NCBI GenBank assembly: GCA_044223435.1
Contig: JBGALY010000011.1
Coordinates: 66,787 to 130,786, forward strand
DNA length: 64,000 nt
Direction of reading: 5' to 3'
DNA from: Nakamurella sp.
GTDB lineage: Bacteria; Actinomycetota; Actinomycetes; Mycobacteriales; Nakamurellaceae
Positions 1-8,880 of this stretch are shown here, in pieces. Under the pieces are notes generated by a model that was given only the letters and a program-made list of their open reading frames with translations, did not search any database and had not been told where the DNA came from. How positions within the stretch are numbered: position 1 is the stretch's first letter; the number at the start of each line of letters is the position of its first letter. A program made the position numbers and the translations under genes.

Positions 1-1021
1 GGAGGTAGAACGGCACGCCGGCCCACCGCCAGTTGTCGATGCCGCACTTGAGGGCGACGAAGGTCTCGGTCTCCGAGTCCGGGGAGACGCCGTCCTCCTG
101 GCGGTAGCCGTTGTACTGGCCGCGGACGACGTCGGCCGGATCGATGGGCAGCATCGAGCGGAAGACCTTGTTCTTCTCCTCGCTGATCGCCCGCGGCTCC
201 AGAGCCGTCGGCGGCTCGATCGCGACGAACGCCATCACCTGGAACAGGTGGGTCACCACCATGTCCTTGTACGCGCCGGTCGACTCGTAGAAGCCGGCCC
301 GCTTGTCCAGGCCCAGGGTCTCGGGCACGTCGATCTGGATGTGGTCGATGAAGTTGCGGTTCCAGATCGGCTCGAACAGGCCATTGGCGAACCGGAAGGC
401 AAGGATGTTCTGCGCCGCCTCCTTGCCCAGGAAGTGATCGATCCGGAAGATCTGGCTCTCGTCGAAGACCTCGTGCAACTGCTGGTTGAGCCGGACCGCG
501 CTCTCCAGGTCGGTTCCGAACGGCTTCTCCATCACCACCCGGGCGCGCTCGACCAGCTTCGCCTCGTCCAGCATCTTCACGACGGCCAGTGCGGCCTTGG
601 GCGGCACACTGAGATAGTGCAGGCGGCAGACCCCCGGGCCGAGGGCAGCCTCGGCTTCGGCCACCGCGCGGGCGAGCGCCTCCGGCCCGGCGCCCTGCGG
701 CACGTAGCGCAGCCGTCCGGCGAACGTGTCCCAGTTCTCGATGTCCTTGGGGCGCGAGCTGAACTCGGCGACGGCCTGCCTGGCGAAGTCGCGGAACTGC
801 TCGGTGTCCATGTCCTCCAGGGAGGTGGCCACCACCTGGATCTCGGGCGTGAGCGCGGACAGCGACAGGTGGGTGAGCCCGGGCAGCAGTTTGCGGCGGG
901 CCAGGTCCCCGGTGGCGCCGAAGAGCACGACCACGTGCGGGACCAGGTGCTCGGCGTCCCGTCGGTAGGGCCGCGAGCCCGGAGCCGGGTATGCGATGGT
1001 CTGCGCATCGGGGGTGGCCAT
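1..1021 (-). CDS. zwf: Glucose-6-phosphate 1-dehydrogenase, N-terminal ~340 aa (3' end runs off the window)
   Basis: Reverse translation from ATG (cat at 1019-1021) gives MATPDAQTIAYPAPGSRPYRRDAEHLVPHVVVLFGATGDLARRKLLPGLTHL, which carries the G6PD GxxGDLA dinucleotide motif. It reaches ...VALKCGIDNWRWAGVPFYL at nt 1. It is absent from the ORF track because it is open at the window edge. Confidence 0.9.
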   Translation of the reverse strand, partial: MATPDAQTIAYPAPGSRPYRRDAEHLVPHVVVLFGATGDLARRKLLPGLTHLSLSALTPEIQVVATSLEDMDTEQFRDFARQAVAEFSSRPKDIENWDTFAGRLRYVPQGAGPEALARAVAEAEAALGPGVCRLHYLSVPPKAALAVVKMLDEAKLVERARVVMEKPFGTDLESAVRLNQQLHEVFDESQIFRIDHFLGKEAAQNILAFRFANGLFEPIWNRNFIDHIQIDVPETLGLDKRAGFYESTGAYKDMVVTHLFQVMAFVAIEPPTALEPRAISEEKNKVFRSMLPIDPADVVRGQYNGYRQEDGVSPDSETETFVALKCGIDNWRWAGVPFYL

Positions 1022-1316
1022 CGGTTGATGATCCCACCCCGGTCGGGCCGGCCCTCATCGGGTGCCGGTCTGGGCGGGCGCGACCGAGACCGGCGAACGC
1101 AGGTCGACGCCACGACAGATTCAGGAACGGGGTGTCCCGTCCTGACCGCCGGTGAAACGCTCTCCCCGGTGGAGTGTTCGGCTCCGGTTCTCCGTCAGCG
1201 CACGGGGACAACGAATCTCGGTGAATTTCCGCCCGGGTGTATCGCGCCGCCACCGCGGATCTCCTGATTCACGTTGCCGGACACAAGGTCCGGAACATCA
1301 TCCAGGAGGTCAAGGA

Positions 1317-1505
1317 ATGTTGGCGATGCCGACTGCCCCCGTCGCGGGCCGGTTCACCCGGACGCACGAGGGATACGTCCACCCCGAGCGGCTCGATCGT
1401 TGGGAGAAGCGGGCTTTCGCCTCGCTACCGCAGATGGCGCGGCCGAAGTGGCCGGGCGGCTCCATCTCCGGCTGCGACGACGGCTGGGACGACTGCGACG
1501 AGTAG
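1317..1505 (+). CDS. Putative ATP-grasp-modified RiPP (graspetide) precursor, 62 aa
   Basis: ATG at 1317 follows AGGAGG (ccAGGAGGtcaaggaATG). Product is MLAMPTAPVAGRFTRTHEGYVHPERLDRWEKRAFASLPQMARPKWPGGSISGCDDGWDDCDE. Third-position GC is about 90% (56/62 codons), typical of real coding sequence in this window. The acidic Ser/Lys/Cys C-terminal core sits directly upstream of the ATP-grasp gene. In frame with track ORF 1152..1505, but the upstream extension lacks an RBS. Confidence 0.75.
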   Translation: MLAMPTAPVAGRFTRTHEGYVHPERLDRWEKRAFASLPQMARPKWPGGSISGCDDGWDDCDE

Positions 1506-1545
1506 ACCGCGGCGAAGCGGTCCGATACAGCACGGCAATACCTCA

Positions 1546-1575
1546 CCGGTGGGGACCCTGCGGGGTCCCCGCCGG
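1546..1575 (+). terminator. Strong GC hairpin between precursor and maturase genes (candidate attenuator or partial terminator)
   Basis: CCGGTGGGGACCC-TGCG-GGGTCCCCGCCGG forms a 13-bp stem (one U.G wobble) with a 4-nt loop, followed by TCTT. It lies 41 nt after the precursor stop codon. A second weaker hairpin (GCGCAC..GTGCGC) lies at about 1583-1601. Confidence 0.4.
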
Positions 1576-1667
1576 TCTTGGTGCGCACCCGAGAGTGCGC
1601 GCCGAGCCTGAAGAACCCCTGAAGCAATCCTGAAATCAGACAATCTCCCGGGCACACCGGTGACCAT

Positions 1668-2639
1668 ATGGATAGGACGGCGGCAATGGCCGACATGGCA
1701 ATCGTGACGTTGGAAGGCGACATCCACGCGTACCTGGTCCGGCAGGCGATGGAGCGGACGCACGGCGTCGACGTCGCCATCGTCGCGGCGGACCGGATCC
1801 CGGCGGCCGGCGGCGTCACCTGGGACAACGAGAACCCCACGATGACCACGCTGCCCACCGAAGACGGTGGCACGGTCGACATCTCCCGGTTGCGCCTGGT
1901 GTGGTGGCGCCGGTGCCACGGCCGGCCCGAGGTGCCGGACTACGTCACCGACCGGGCCATGCGGCAACTCGTCGTCAAGGACAGTCGCGCCGCCACCCGA
2001 GGGGCATTCCTGGCCGCGTTCGGCGGGACCTGGCTCAGCGACCCCTACGCCACCGAACGTGCCCAGAACAAGCTGCTGCAGCTCCGCATCGCCCGGGCCG
2101 TCGGGCTTACCGTCCCGCGCACCCTGGTCAGCAACGACCCGGCCGCGATCCGCGAGTTCACCCGTCAGTTGGGCGGGCGCGTCATCGGCAAGACCCTCAC
2201 CGGACTGCTCGGCACCGGTCTGGAGGCCGGCCGGGTCGGATCGGATTCGCTGGCCGACGAGAACGAGCTGCGCCTGGCGCCGACGATCTACCAGGAGGAG
2301 ATACCGGGTACCGAGCATCTGCGGGTCCAGGTGTTCGGCCCCGACGTGTATGCGGCGAAGATCAGCAGCGCCGCCCTCGACTGGCGGCTGGCCGGCGACA
2401 TGCGGGTCGAGCCGGTCACGCTGCGCACGACCCTGCAGGACGCGTTGCGGTCGGTCGTGGACCGGCTCGGCCTGCGGATGGGGATCTTCGATCTCAAGGT
2501 CCGACCGGACGGTTCCGTGGTGTTCCTGGAGATCAATCCCCAGGGCCAGTTCCTGTTCGTCGAGGGAATGTCGGACATGCCGCTCACCGCGGCGTTCGCG
2601 CGATTCGCGGCCAATGAACTCGCCCTCGTCCCCGCCTGA
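1668..2639 (+). CDS. ATP-grasp ribosomal peptide maturase (RimK/MvdD-like ligase)
   Basis: 323 aa. The ATP-grasp pattern includes NKLLQLRIARAVGLTVPRTLVSND, VIGKTL, YQEEIPG..HLRVQVFG and IFDLKV..DGSVVFLEINPQGQFLF. It sits next to a small acidic-tailed ORF and an ABC exporter. Confidence 0.8.
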   Translation: MDRTAAMADMAIVTLEGDIHAYLVRQAMERTHGVDVAIVAADRIPAAGGVTWDNENPTMTTLPTEDGGTVDISRLRLVWWRRCHGRPEVPDYVTDRAMRQLVVKDSRAATRGAFLAAFGGTWLSDPYATERAQNKLLQLRIARAVGLTVPRTLVSNDPAAIREFTRQLGGRVIGKTLTGLLGTGLEAGRVGSDSLADENELRLAPTIYQEEIPGTEHLRVQVFGPDVYAAKISSAALDWRLAGDMRVEPVTLRTTLQDALRSVVDRLGLRMGIFDLKVRPDGSVVFLEINPQGQFLFVEGMSDMPLTAAFARFAANELALVPA

Positions 2640-4467
2640 ATCGGAACCCGGCGACCAGCGGGCCGGACTGCTCGGCCTGCTCCGGCGCGGTCTCCGGCTC
2701 GCCCGGGCGGGCGCGCCCAGGTTGTTCGTCGCCGTTCTGGCCGTGCAGGTCGTCGAGGCAGTGGCGGTGGTCGGGACCATCGCGGGCCTGCAACTCGTCA
2801 CCGCGGCCCTGCTCGGCGGGTCCGGGTCGGCGGGCCGCCCCGCGCTCGACGCACTGGTGGGGCCAGGGACGTTGCTGATGGCGGCCGTGGCGATCGGTGC
2901 GATCTGCCAGTCCGGACAGCCCGCGTTGGCCACCGTGCTCGGCGAACGGCTGGCCGCCGTGACCACCATCGAGGTGCTTCGGGTCGCCGGCACCATCCCA
3001 CTCGCCGACTTCGACCGCCCGGAGGTGTTGGACCGGCTCAAACGGGTCGAGTCCGGGTCGCTCGTGCGGCCCGCCCAGCTCGCCGTGGGCCTGGGGATCC
3101 TGCTGTCCGGTGCGGTCGGTGCGGCCGCGCTGACCGTTGCCGTGCTGACCGTGCAGCCCTGGTTGGCCGGGGTCGCGGTGGTGGCGGCCGTGCCGCTGTG
3201 GTGGGCCGCGCGCCGGGACGGCGCGCAGACCTACGAGACCGTGCGCGGGTTGTCCCGGCTGGAACGCCGGCGAATGTACCTGGCCGGACTGCTCACCCGG
3301 CGCGAGCGGGCGGCCGAGATCCGGGCCCTGGAGCTGACCCCGGTCCTGCTGGCCCGGTACGGCAGGTTGTCGCAGGAGCGCTGTCGCGAGGTCGCCGGCA
3401 CCTCCTGGGCCAAGGCCCGGCGGCAGCTGCGGGCGCGGGCCGCCGGCGGACTGGTGCTGGCCGCCGGCTTCGCCGCGCTGCTCGTCCTGCTGATCGGCGG
3501 CGACCTGCAGATCCCCGATGCGGTCGCGGCCGCCGCGGCCGGGGCGGCCCTGCGCAGCCGGTTGGCCGACGCCGCCACCGGCATCCGCCAGGTACAGGAA
3601 GCGGCCCAGTTCGTCGACGACCATGCCGCCGTCCTGGCCGCGGCGCCGCCCACCCCGGACGCCCGACCCGACGCCCCGGTCCGCGGCACCGGAGCCCACC
3701 GCGCCCTCGAGATCGCCCTGCACGGCGTGACGCTGACCTATCCGGGCACATCCGCCCCGGCCCTGCGCGACGTCGACCTGCGCCTGCGTACCGGTGAGGT
3801 GGTCGCGGTCGTCGGCGCGAACGGCTCGGGCAAGTCGACGCTGGCCGCCGTCCTGGGCGGGTTGCTGGTGCCGACCGGCGGAAGGGTGCTGTGGGACGGG
3901 ACCGACCGGGCGCACCTCGCCGCCGACCAATGGCGGCCGGACGTCGCCCTCCTGCTGCAGGACGCCGGGCGTTACCAGGAGACGCTGCGGGACAACGTGG
4001 CGTTCGGGGCCGTGCACCGACCCGGCGACGACGGGCGGATCCGCGCCGCCCTGGCCCAGTCCGGCGGCGAGAGCCTCCTGCGCCGGTACCCGGAGGGCCT
4101 GGACACCGACCTGGGCCGCGAACAGGACGGCGGCGCCGAGCTGTCCGGCGGTCAGTGGCAGCGAATCGCGTTGGCCCGCACCTTTTACCGCGGCGGCCGG
4201 CTGCTCGTTCTGGACGAACCGTCCGCGCCCCTGGATCCGGTGGCCGAGCGGGACCTGGTGGACCGGGTCCGGCGATCGTTCACCAACCGGGCGGTGGTGC
4301 TGATGACCCACCGGATGCCCGCGGCGATGGCGGCCGACCACGTCGTCGTCCTCGATCGGGGATCGGTGATCGAGCAGGGCGCTCCGGATGCCTTGCTGGC
4401 TCGGGGTGGCGCTTTCCACACCATGTGCCGGGCGGCCGAACGCCTCTGGGACCGGCAGGCCGCGTGA
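2614..4467 (+). CDS. ABC transporter, fused permease/ATP-binding exporter
   Basis: In-frame ATG at 2614 overlaps the ATP-grasp 3' end by 26 nt. It has an N-terminal TM region, Walker A GANGSGKST, signature LSGGQWQRIALAR and Walker B LLVLDEPSAPLD. The longer track ORF from 1867 is a wrong-frame extension through the ATP-grasp gene. Confidence 0.85.
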   Translation: MNSPSSPPESEPGDQRAGLLGLLRRGLRLARAGAPRLFVAVLAVQVVEAVAVVGTIAGLQLVTAALLGGSGSAGRPALDALVGPGTLLMAAVAIGAICQSGQPALATVLGERLAAVTTIEVLRVAGTIPLADFDRPEVLDRLKRVESGSLVRPAQLAVGLGILLSGAVGAAALTVAVLTVQPWLAGVAVVAAVPLWWAARRDGAQTYETVRGLSRLERRRMYLAGLLTRRERAAEIRALELTPVLLARYGRLSQERCREVAGTSWAKARRQLRARAAGGLVLAAGFAALLVLLIGGDLQIPDAVAAAAAGAALRSRLADAATGIRQVQEAAQFVDDHAAVLAAAPPTPDARPDAPVRGTGAHRALEIALHGVTLTYPGTSAPALRDVDLRLRTGEVVAVVGANGSGKSTLAAVLGGLLVPTGGRVLWDGTDRAHLAADQWRPDVALLLQDAGRYQETLRDNVAFGAVHRPGDDGRIRAALAQSGGESLLRRYPEGLDTDLGREQDGGAELSGGQWQRIALARTFYRGGRLLVLDEPSAPLDPVAERDLVDRVRRSFTNRAVVLMTHRMPAAMAADHVVVLDRGSVIEQGAPDALLARGGAFHTMCRAAERLWDRQAA

Positions 4468-4562
4468 CCGCCTGACGGCCGGCCCGCCGACCGGGCGCGG
4501 GCCGAGCTGTCCCGCTTCGTTCGGGTGCCGGCGGGCGGCGGGCACCTGGCAGACTGCCGGGC

Positions 4563-5495
4563 ATGCCTGAAGGCCATGTGACCCATCGCCTGGCGGCCGG
4601 GCTCACCGACCGGTTCGCGGACCACGCGGTCCGGTCGACCAGTCCGCAGGGGCGTTTCGCCGATGAGGCCGACGAGCTCGACGGTCAGCAGCTGAATTCG
4701 GCCGAGGCGTACGGGAAGAACCTTTTCGTGCACATCGGCGACCGGAGCGTGCATGTGCACCTCGGGTTGCTCGGCAAACTGACCTTTGCCGAGGCCGACC
4801 CCGGCGACCGGCCGATCCTCGGCCAGATCCGCTGGCGGCTGGAGAACGACCGATACTACGCGGACCTGCGCGGGCCGCAGGCCTGTCACCTCATCGATGC
4901 GGCCGGGATCGCCGCCATCACCGACCGGCTGGGCCCCGATCCGCTGCGCGAGGACGCCGACCCGGAGGTGGGCTGGGCCCGGGTGCACACGTCCGGGTCA
5001 CCGATCGGCCTGCTGCTGATGGACCAGCGGGTGGCTGCCGGGGTGGGCAACATCTTCCGCGCCGAGGTGCTCTACCGGCATCGCATCGATCCCGGCATGG
5101 CGGGCCGGTTGCTGCGCCGGGCGGAGTGGGAGTCGATCTGGACGGACCTGGTCGGGCTGATGCACGACGCGGTCGTCCGGGGGCGGGTCGACACCGTCCG
5201 GCCGGAGCACGGCCCGGAGGCCATGGGTCGACCCCCGCGGGTGGACCGGCACGGTGGTGAGGTGTACGTCTACCGGCGCGCCGACCAGCCCTGCCTGGTG
5301 TGCGGCACACCGGTCCGAACGACAGAGTTCGGCGGCCGAAACCTTTTCTGGTGCCCGAAGTGTCAGCGAACCAGTCGCCGAAAGGCACCAATTGCCGGGC
5401 CGCGGACCACCGATCCGGGCGATGCGGGACGAACCCGCGGGCAGCCGCTCACGCCGCGGACGCGCTCGGTCCGTCCGCCGGCACGACAAGGGTGA
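4563..5495 (+). CDS. nei: Fpg/Nei-family DNA glycosylase (endonuclease VIII, Nei2-type)
   Basis: N-terminus is MPEGHVTHRL (catalytic Pro2/Glu3). It has the H2TH segment LLMDQRVAAGVGNIFRAEVLYR and a C-terminal zinc finger CLVCGTPV...WCPKCQ. Confidence 0.9.
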   Translation: MPEGHVTHRLAAGLTDRFADHAVRSTSPQGRFADEADELDGQQLNSAEAYGKNLFVHIGDRSVHVHLGLLGKLTFAEADPGDRPILGQIRWRLENDRYYADLRGPQACHLIDAAGIAAITDRLGPDPLREDADPEVGWARVHTSGSPIGLLLMDQRVAAGVGNIFRAEVLYRHRIDPGMAGRLLRRAEWESIWTDLVGLMHDAVVRGRVDTVRPEHGPEAMGRPPRVDRHGGEVYVYRRADQPCLVCGTPVRTTEFGGRNLFWCPKCQRTSRRKAPIAGPRTTDPGDAGRTRGQPLTPRTRSVRPPARQG

Positions 5496-7848
5496 CCGTC
5501 GTTCCGCGACCCGGTGCGCTGCGCACGGTGAGCGAGCAACCCTCGGCCGCCGCGCGAGCCCGCATGGTCACCAGGCCGAGGCGGTCGGGTGTCGATTCCG
5601 GCCGATCGGCACCCACGCCGTCGTCGGCCACGGTGATCACGACGGACGAGCCGGCGCAGGTGATCGCGAGTTCGACGTTCGCGGCCCGCGCATGCCTTCG
5701 GGCATTGACCAGCGCCTCCCGAAGGATCCGGTAGGCCGTCTGCTTCCGGGCGGTCGTCAAGGCGACATGGTCGGGACCGACACAGTGCACCACCGTCCCG
5801 GTGCCGGTGAAGATGCCGTTCGCGAGCCGGCGCAACGCCGGGCCCAGACCGCCGTCGAGATCGGGCGGGGTGAGCGCGGTGATCAGCGTGCGCAGCCGAT
5901 CGACCGCGGCCTCGAGGCTCTCGATGAGTTCTTCGAAGACATCGTCGGGCTCGCCCAGGCGCAGACCCAGGGTCTCCAACCGCATGGCAACGGCAATGAT
6001 CAACTGCATCGGATCGTCGTGGATGGCCTCGGCGAGCAGAACCCGTTCCCGCTCCTCGACCTCGGCCAGTTGATCCAACAGTTCACGCTGCTCGACGGTC
6101 TGCTGGAGCAGCCGACCCGCGATCGCCGTGCGCTCGCTCCGCTGCTGCTCGGCCCACGCCTCGGCCCGTCCCTCGCTGATCGCGGTGCCGACGCGATCGG
6201 CGAGCACCTGCAGGAGGTCCTCGTCCTCCTGGGCATAGGGTGGTCCCGACCGTCCGCGAAACACGCCGAACACGCCGAGGACCGCGCCGGCGTGCCGGAC
6301 CGGCACCACGACGTCGTCACCGATGACATGGTCCAGGGCCGCGGAGCGCGGGATGAGCTGCCCGCCGACCCACCCGGCCGCGTCGGTACCGACCGGTCGC
6401 CGGGTCGCCCGGATCCCGGGCCCGCCGTGGTCGGTCGAGTCGCGGGCGCCGGCCACCAGCAGTTCGCGGATCGCCGGATCGACGTGGGCGACGGTGCTGC
6501 TCTCCACGCCGTGCCCGTCCGGCCGCATGATCCGCAGCAGGGCACCGTCGCCGAGGCCGGCCGCCGCGACGTCGACGATCCGTTCGAGCTTCTCGGCGAG
6601 CGAATGTCGATCGGTGGCCAGCAGGTCGCTGATCCGGCGCAGCAGGACCGTGCGCTTGCGTGCCGCCGCAGCCCGGGCCGCCTCGGCCGTCCGGCGCGAA
6701 TGGACGGCCTCGGTGATGTCCGCATGCGTGATGACCGCGCGCAGCAGTTCGCCGCCGGGATCGACGACCGCGTCGCAGACCGCGCGGACATGGCGCAGCT
6801 CGCCGCTGCGGCCGTGCCGCAGGCGGTACTCCATGCCGTCGCGGCCGCCTTCTGCGAGCACCCGCGCGAATCGCTCGCGGGTGCGGCCGCGATCCACGGC
6901 GACCACCAGATCGTCGACGCTGCGCAGCGCCTGCTCGTTCGTGTCGACACCCAGCAGATCCAGCAGCTTGCGGTCGAATTCCCAGCCGGTGCCGACCTCG
7001 TAGCGGCAGGTTCCGACGTTGCTCAGCTCCTGGGTCTGTTCGAGTTGGGCCTGGCGCAGCCGTTCCGCCGAGACGTCCTCGGACAGGATGATCCCGCCGA
7101 CGATGCGGCCGTCGGGGGACCGGACCGGGCGTCCTCGGATCCGGTACCGGGCATCGGTCTGTGGGCTGCGGTAGTCGACGTCGCTCGCCCTCCCGAGCAG
7201 TGCCTCCCGGATCGGACCTTCCATCGGGGTCAGCGCGGCGGGCGGAAGCACCTCGGGCAGCGGCCGCCCCCGTACGTCACCGATGTCGTAGCCGAACCGC
7301 CGGATCAGGGCCCCCCCGAGCACCCGGATCCGCAGGTCCTGATCGAACGAGAGCACGGTCGAGTTGGGCAGGTTCTCCACGACGTCGCGGTACATCCGCT
7401 CGCCGGCGACCAGGGCCCGTTCATGTTCCCGGATCTCCGTGACGTCCCGCATCTGCAGCAGGTGGAACTGCCGATTCCCGCGGTCCGTCATGGGATCCGC
7501 CCGGATCTCCACGATCAGCCGGGCGCCGGTGGCGGATACGAGCACACCATCGCGTTCGTTGTGGCTGACCTGGCCCGCCCGCAACCGGGCGGCGTTGCGC
7601 CGGGCCTGCGCCGCCGATTCGGGCGTGTGGAAAGCGGTGAGGTCGCGACCGCGGAGGTCGGCCACCCCCAGCATCCGGTGCGCGGCCAGGTTCGCCACCA
7701 CGATGGTCAGGTCCTCGTCGACGACCAGCATCGGCACGATCGAACGCACGAAAGCCGGCTCGTGCGCCACCTCGAGCCGGCCCGGCGGCACGTCCGCATT
7801 CTCGGGGACCTCCCGACCACCCGGCAGCGCAGACATGATGACCCCCAT
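5449..7848 (-). CDS. Sensor histidine kinase with multiple PAS and GAF domains, HisKA_3 and HATPase (NarL-partner type), no adjacent response regulator
   Basis: HisKA_3 box ERERVLLAEAIHDDPMQLIIAV is present, as is the ATPase end GRGTTVTLVVP. PAS-like segments occur repeatedly (e.g. LVVDEDLTIVVANLAAHRMLG). The chosen start is MGVIMSALPGG at 7848. The track ORF extends to 8256, but that N-terminal extension is low-complexity. Confidence 0.8.
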   Translation of the reverse strand: MGVIMSALPGGREVPENADVPPGRLEVAHEPAFVRSIVPMLVVDEDLTIVVANLAAHRMLGVADLRGRDLTAFHTPESAAQARRNAARLRAGQVSHNERDGVLVSATGARLIVEIRADPMTDRGNRQFHLLQMRDVTEIREHERALVAGERMYRDVVENLPNSTVLSFDQDLRIRVLGGALIRRFGYDIGDVRGRPLPEVLPPAALTPMEGPIREALLGRASDVDYRSPQTDARYRIRGRPVRSPDGRIVGGIILSEDVSAERLRQAQLEQTQELSNVGTCRYEVGTGWEFDRKLLDLLGVDTNEQALRSVDDLVVAVDRGRTRERFARVLAEGGRDGMEYRLRHGRSGELRHVRAVCDAVVDPGGELLRAVITHADITEAVHSRRTAEAARAAAARKRTVLLRRISDLLATDRHSLAEKLERIVDVAAAGLGDGALLRIMRPDGHGVESSTVAHVDPAIRELLVAGARDSTDHGGPGIRATRRPVGTDAAGWVGGQLIPRSAALDHVIGDDVVVPVRHAGAVLGVFGVFRGRSGPPYAQEDEDLLQVLADRVGTAISEGRAEAWAEQQRSERTAIAGRLLQQTVEQRELLDQLAEVEERERVLLAEAIHDDPMQLIIAVAMRLETLGLRLGEPDDVFEELIESLEAAVDRLRTLITALTPPDLDGGLGPALRRLANGIFTGTGTVVHCVGPDHVALTTARKQTAYRILREALVNARRHARAANVELAITCAGSSVVITVADDGVGADRPESTPDRLGLVTMRARAAAEGCSLTVRSAPGRGTTVTLVVPADGPSASAA

Positions 7849-8077
7849 CACCCCGACCCGTGGAACACGCAGCGTAGTCAGTTGATCACAGTATCGACCC
7901 TGGCCGTACGGCGCCCCGGCATCCGGGCGGACGACTGCCGGCTCCACCGATCGGCGGACCCCGGGACCGACCACTGCCTCGGCCGATCGACCGAGGCCGT
8001 GGCCGGGGGTTTCGCCGGACAGTGGAGCCATCGCAATCCGCACGCACGGGCCGACCGGACCGGAGGACTGACCAACC

Positions 8078-8848
8078 ATGACGCTGCCGACCATCACCGC
8101 CGACCCGACCCGGGTCGACGCCGCTCGCGAACCCATGGGCGGCAACCTCGTCGACGGGCCCACCCCACCGGTCCCGGCCGTGTCCACACCCGGGGACCGG
8201 GGCGGCCGGCGATCCGGCCGGTGGACCGCCACCCTGACCTTCGCCGTGCTCGTCACCTTCGGCGTGATCCTCTGGGGTGGCTACACGCGGGGCTGGGCGT
8301 GGACCGGCATCAACGCGAAGGACACGCTCTGGCACTGGCTGCAACTGCTGCTGGTGCCGATCGCCTTCGCGGCCCTGCCGACGTTGTTGCGGCAGCACCG
8401 GGAAATGCGCACGGAACGCAAGCTCCTGATGGCGGGACTGACGGCGGCCTTCGTCGCGTTCGTGATCGTCGGGTATACGGTGCCGCTCACCTGGACGGGA
8501 TTCACCGGAAACACCCTGTGGGACTGGTTGTCGCTGTTGCTGTTGCCCATCGCGATCACCGGCGTGCGGTTCCTGCGCGCCGAGCGGACCATCACCTGGC
8601 TCCACTACGGCGTCGGGGCCCTGCTGCTGGCGGCGTTCGGTCTGCTGATCGCGTGCGGATACCTGGTGCCGTGGGCGTGGACCGGATTCACCGGGAACAC
8701 GTTCGTCGACTGGGTGCAGCTGCTGATCCTGCCCGTGCTGTTCCCGACCATCGTCGTGCCGGCCACCGCCGCCTGGCTGACCGCGACGACCGGACGGCCC
8801 AAGCACGGACGCGGGACGCCCGTCGCGGATCGGGGCGAGTGCCGGTGA
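8078..8848 (+). CDS. Integral membrane protein with three internal repeats (function unknown)
   Basis: 256 aa. A W-rich motif occurs three times: GYTRGWAWTGINAKDTLWHWLQLLLVPIAF, GYTVPLTWTGFTGNTLWDWLSLLLLPIAI and GYLVPWAWTGFTGNTFVDWVQLLILPVLF. Each copy is followed by hydrophobic helices. Confidence 0.7.
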   Translation: MTLPTITADPTRVDAAREPMGGNLVDGPTPPVPAVSTPGDRGGRRSGRWTATLTFAVLVTFGVILWGGYTRGWAWTGINAKDTLWHWLQLLLVPIAFAALPTLLRQHREMRTERKLLMAGLTAAFVAFVIVGYTVPLTWTGFTGNTLWDWLSLLLLPIAITGVRFLRAERTITWLHYGVGALLLAAFGLLIACGYLVPWAWTGFTGNTFVDWVQLLILPVLFPTIVVPATAAWLTATTGRPKHGRGTPVADRGECR

Positions 8849-8880
8849 CGCCGCCGTGAACCGTCCACCCCGGGCAGCGG

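Noticed and set aside
1152-1316. An upstream extension of the RiPP precursor ORF, using the track start at 1152 (117 aa).
   Set aside because: The extension (MKRSPRWSVRLRFSVSARGQ...) is basic low-complexity sequence with no RBS. The ATG at 1317 has a textbook AGGAGG at ideal spacing and gives the roughly 60-aa size expected for this precursor class.
5254-8859. Very long track ORFs: 5254..8859+ (1201 aa), 31456..34113- (885 aa), 17867..20788+ (973 aa), 11698..14187- (829 aa), 1425..3041-, 38649..40562-, 41866..43884+ and others.
   Set aside because: Their translations are Arg/Pro/Gly/Ala-rich low-complexity strings with no motifs. They run antisense or out of frame to ORFs with clear family signatures. 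This is the classic high-GC artefact in which stop codons are rare in all frames.
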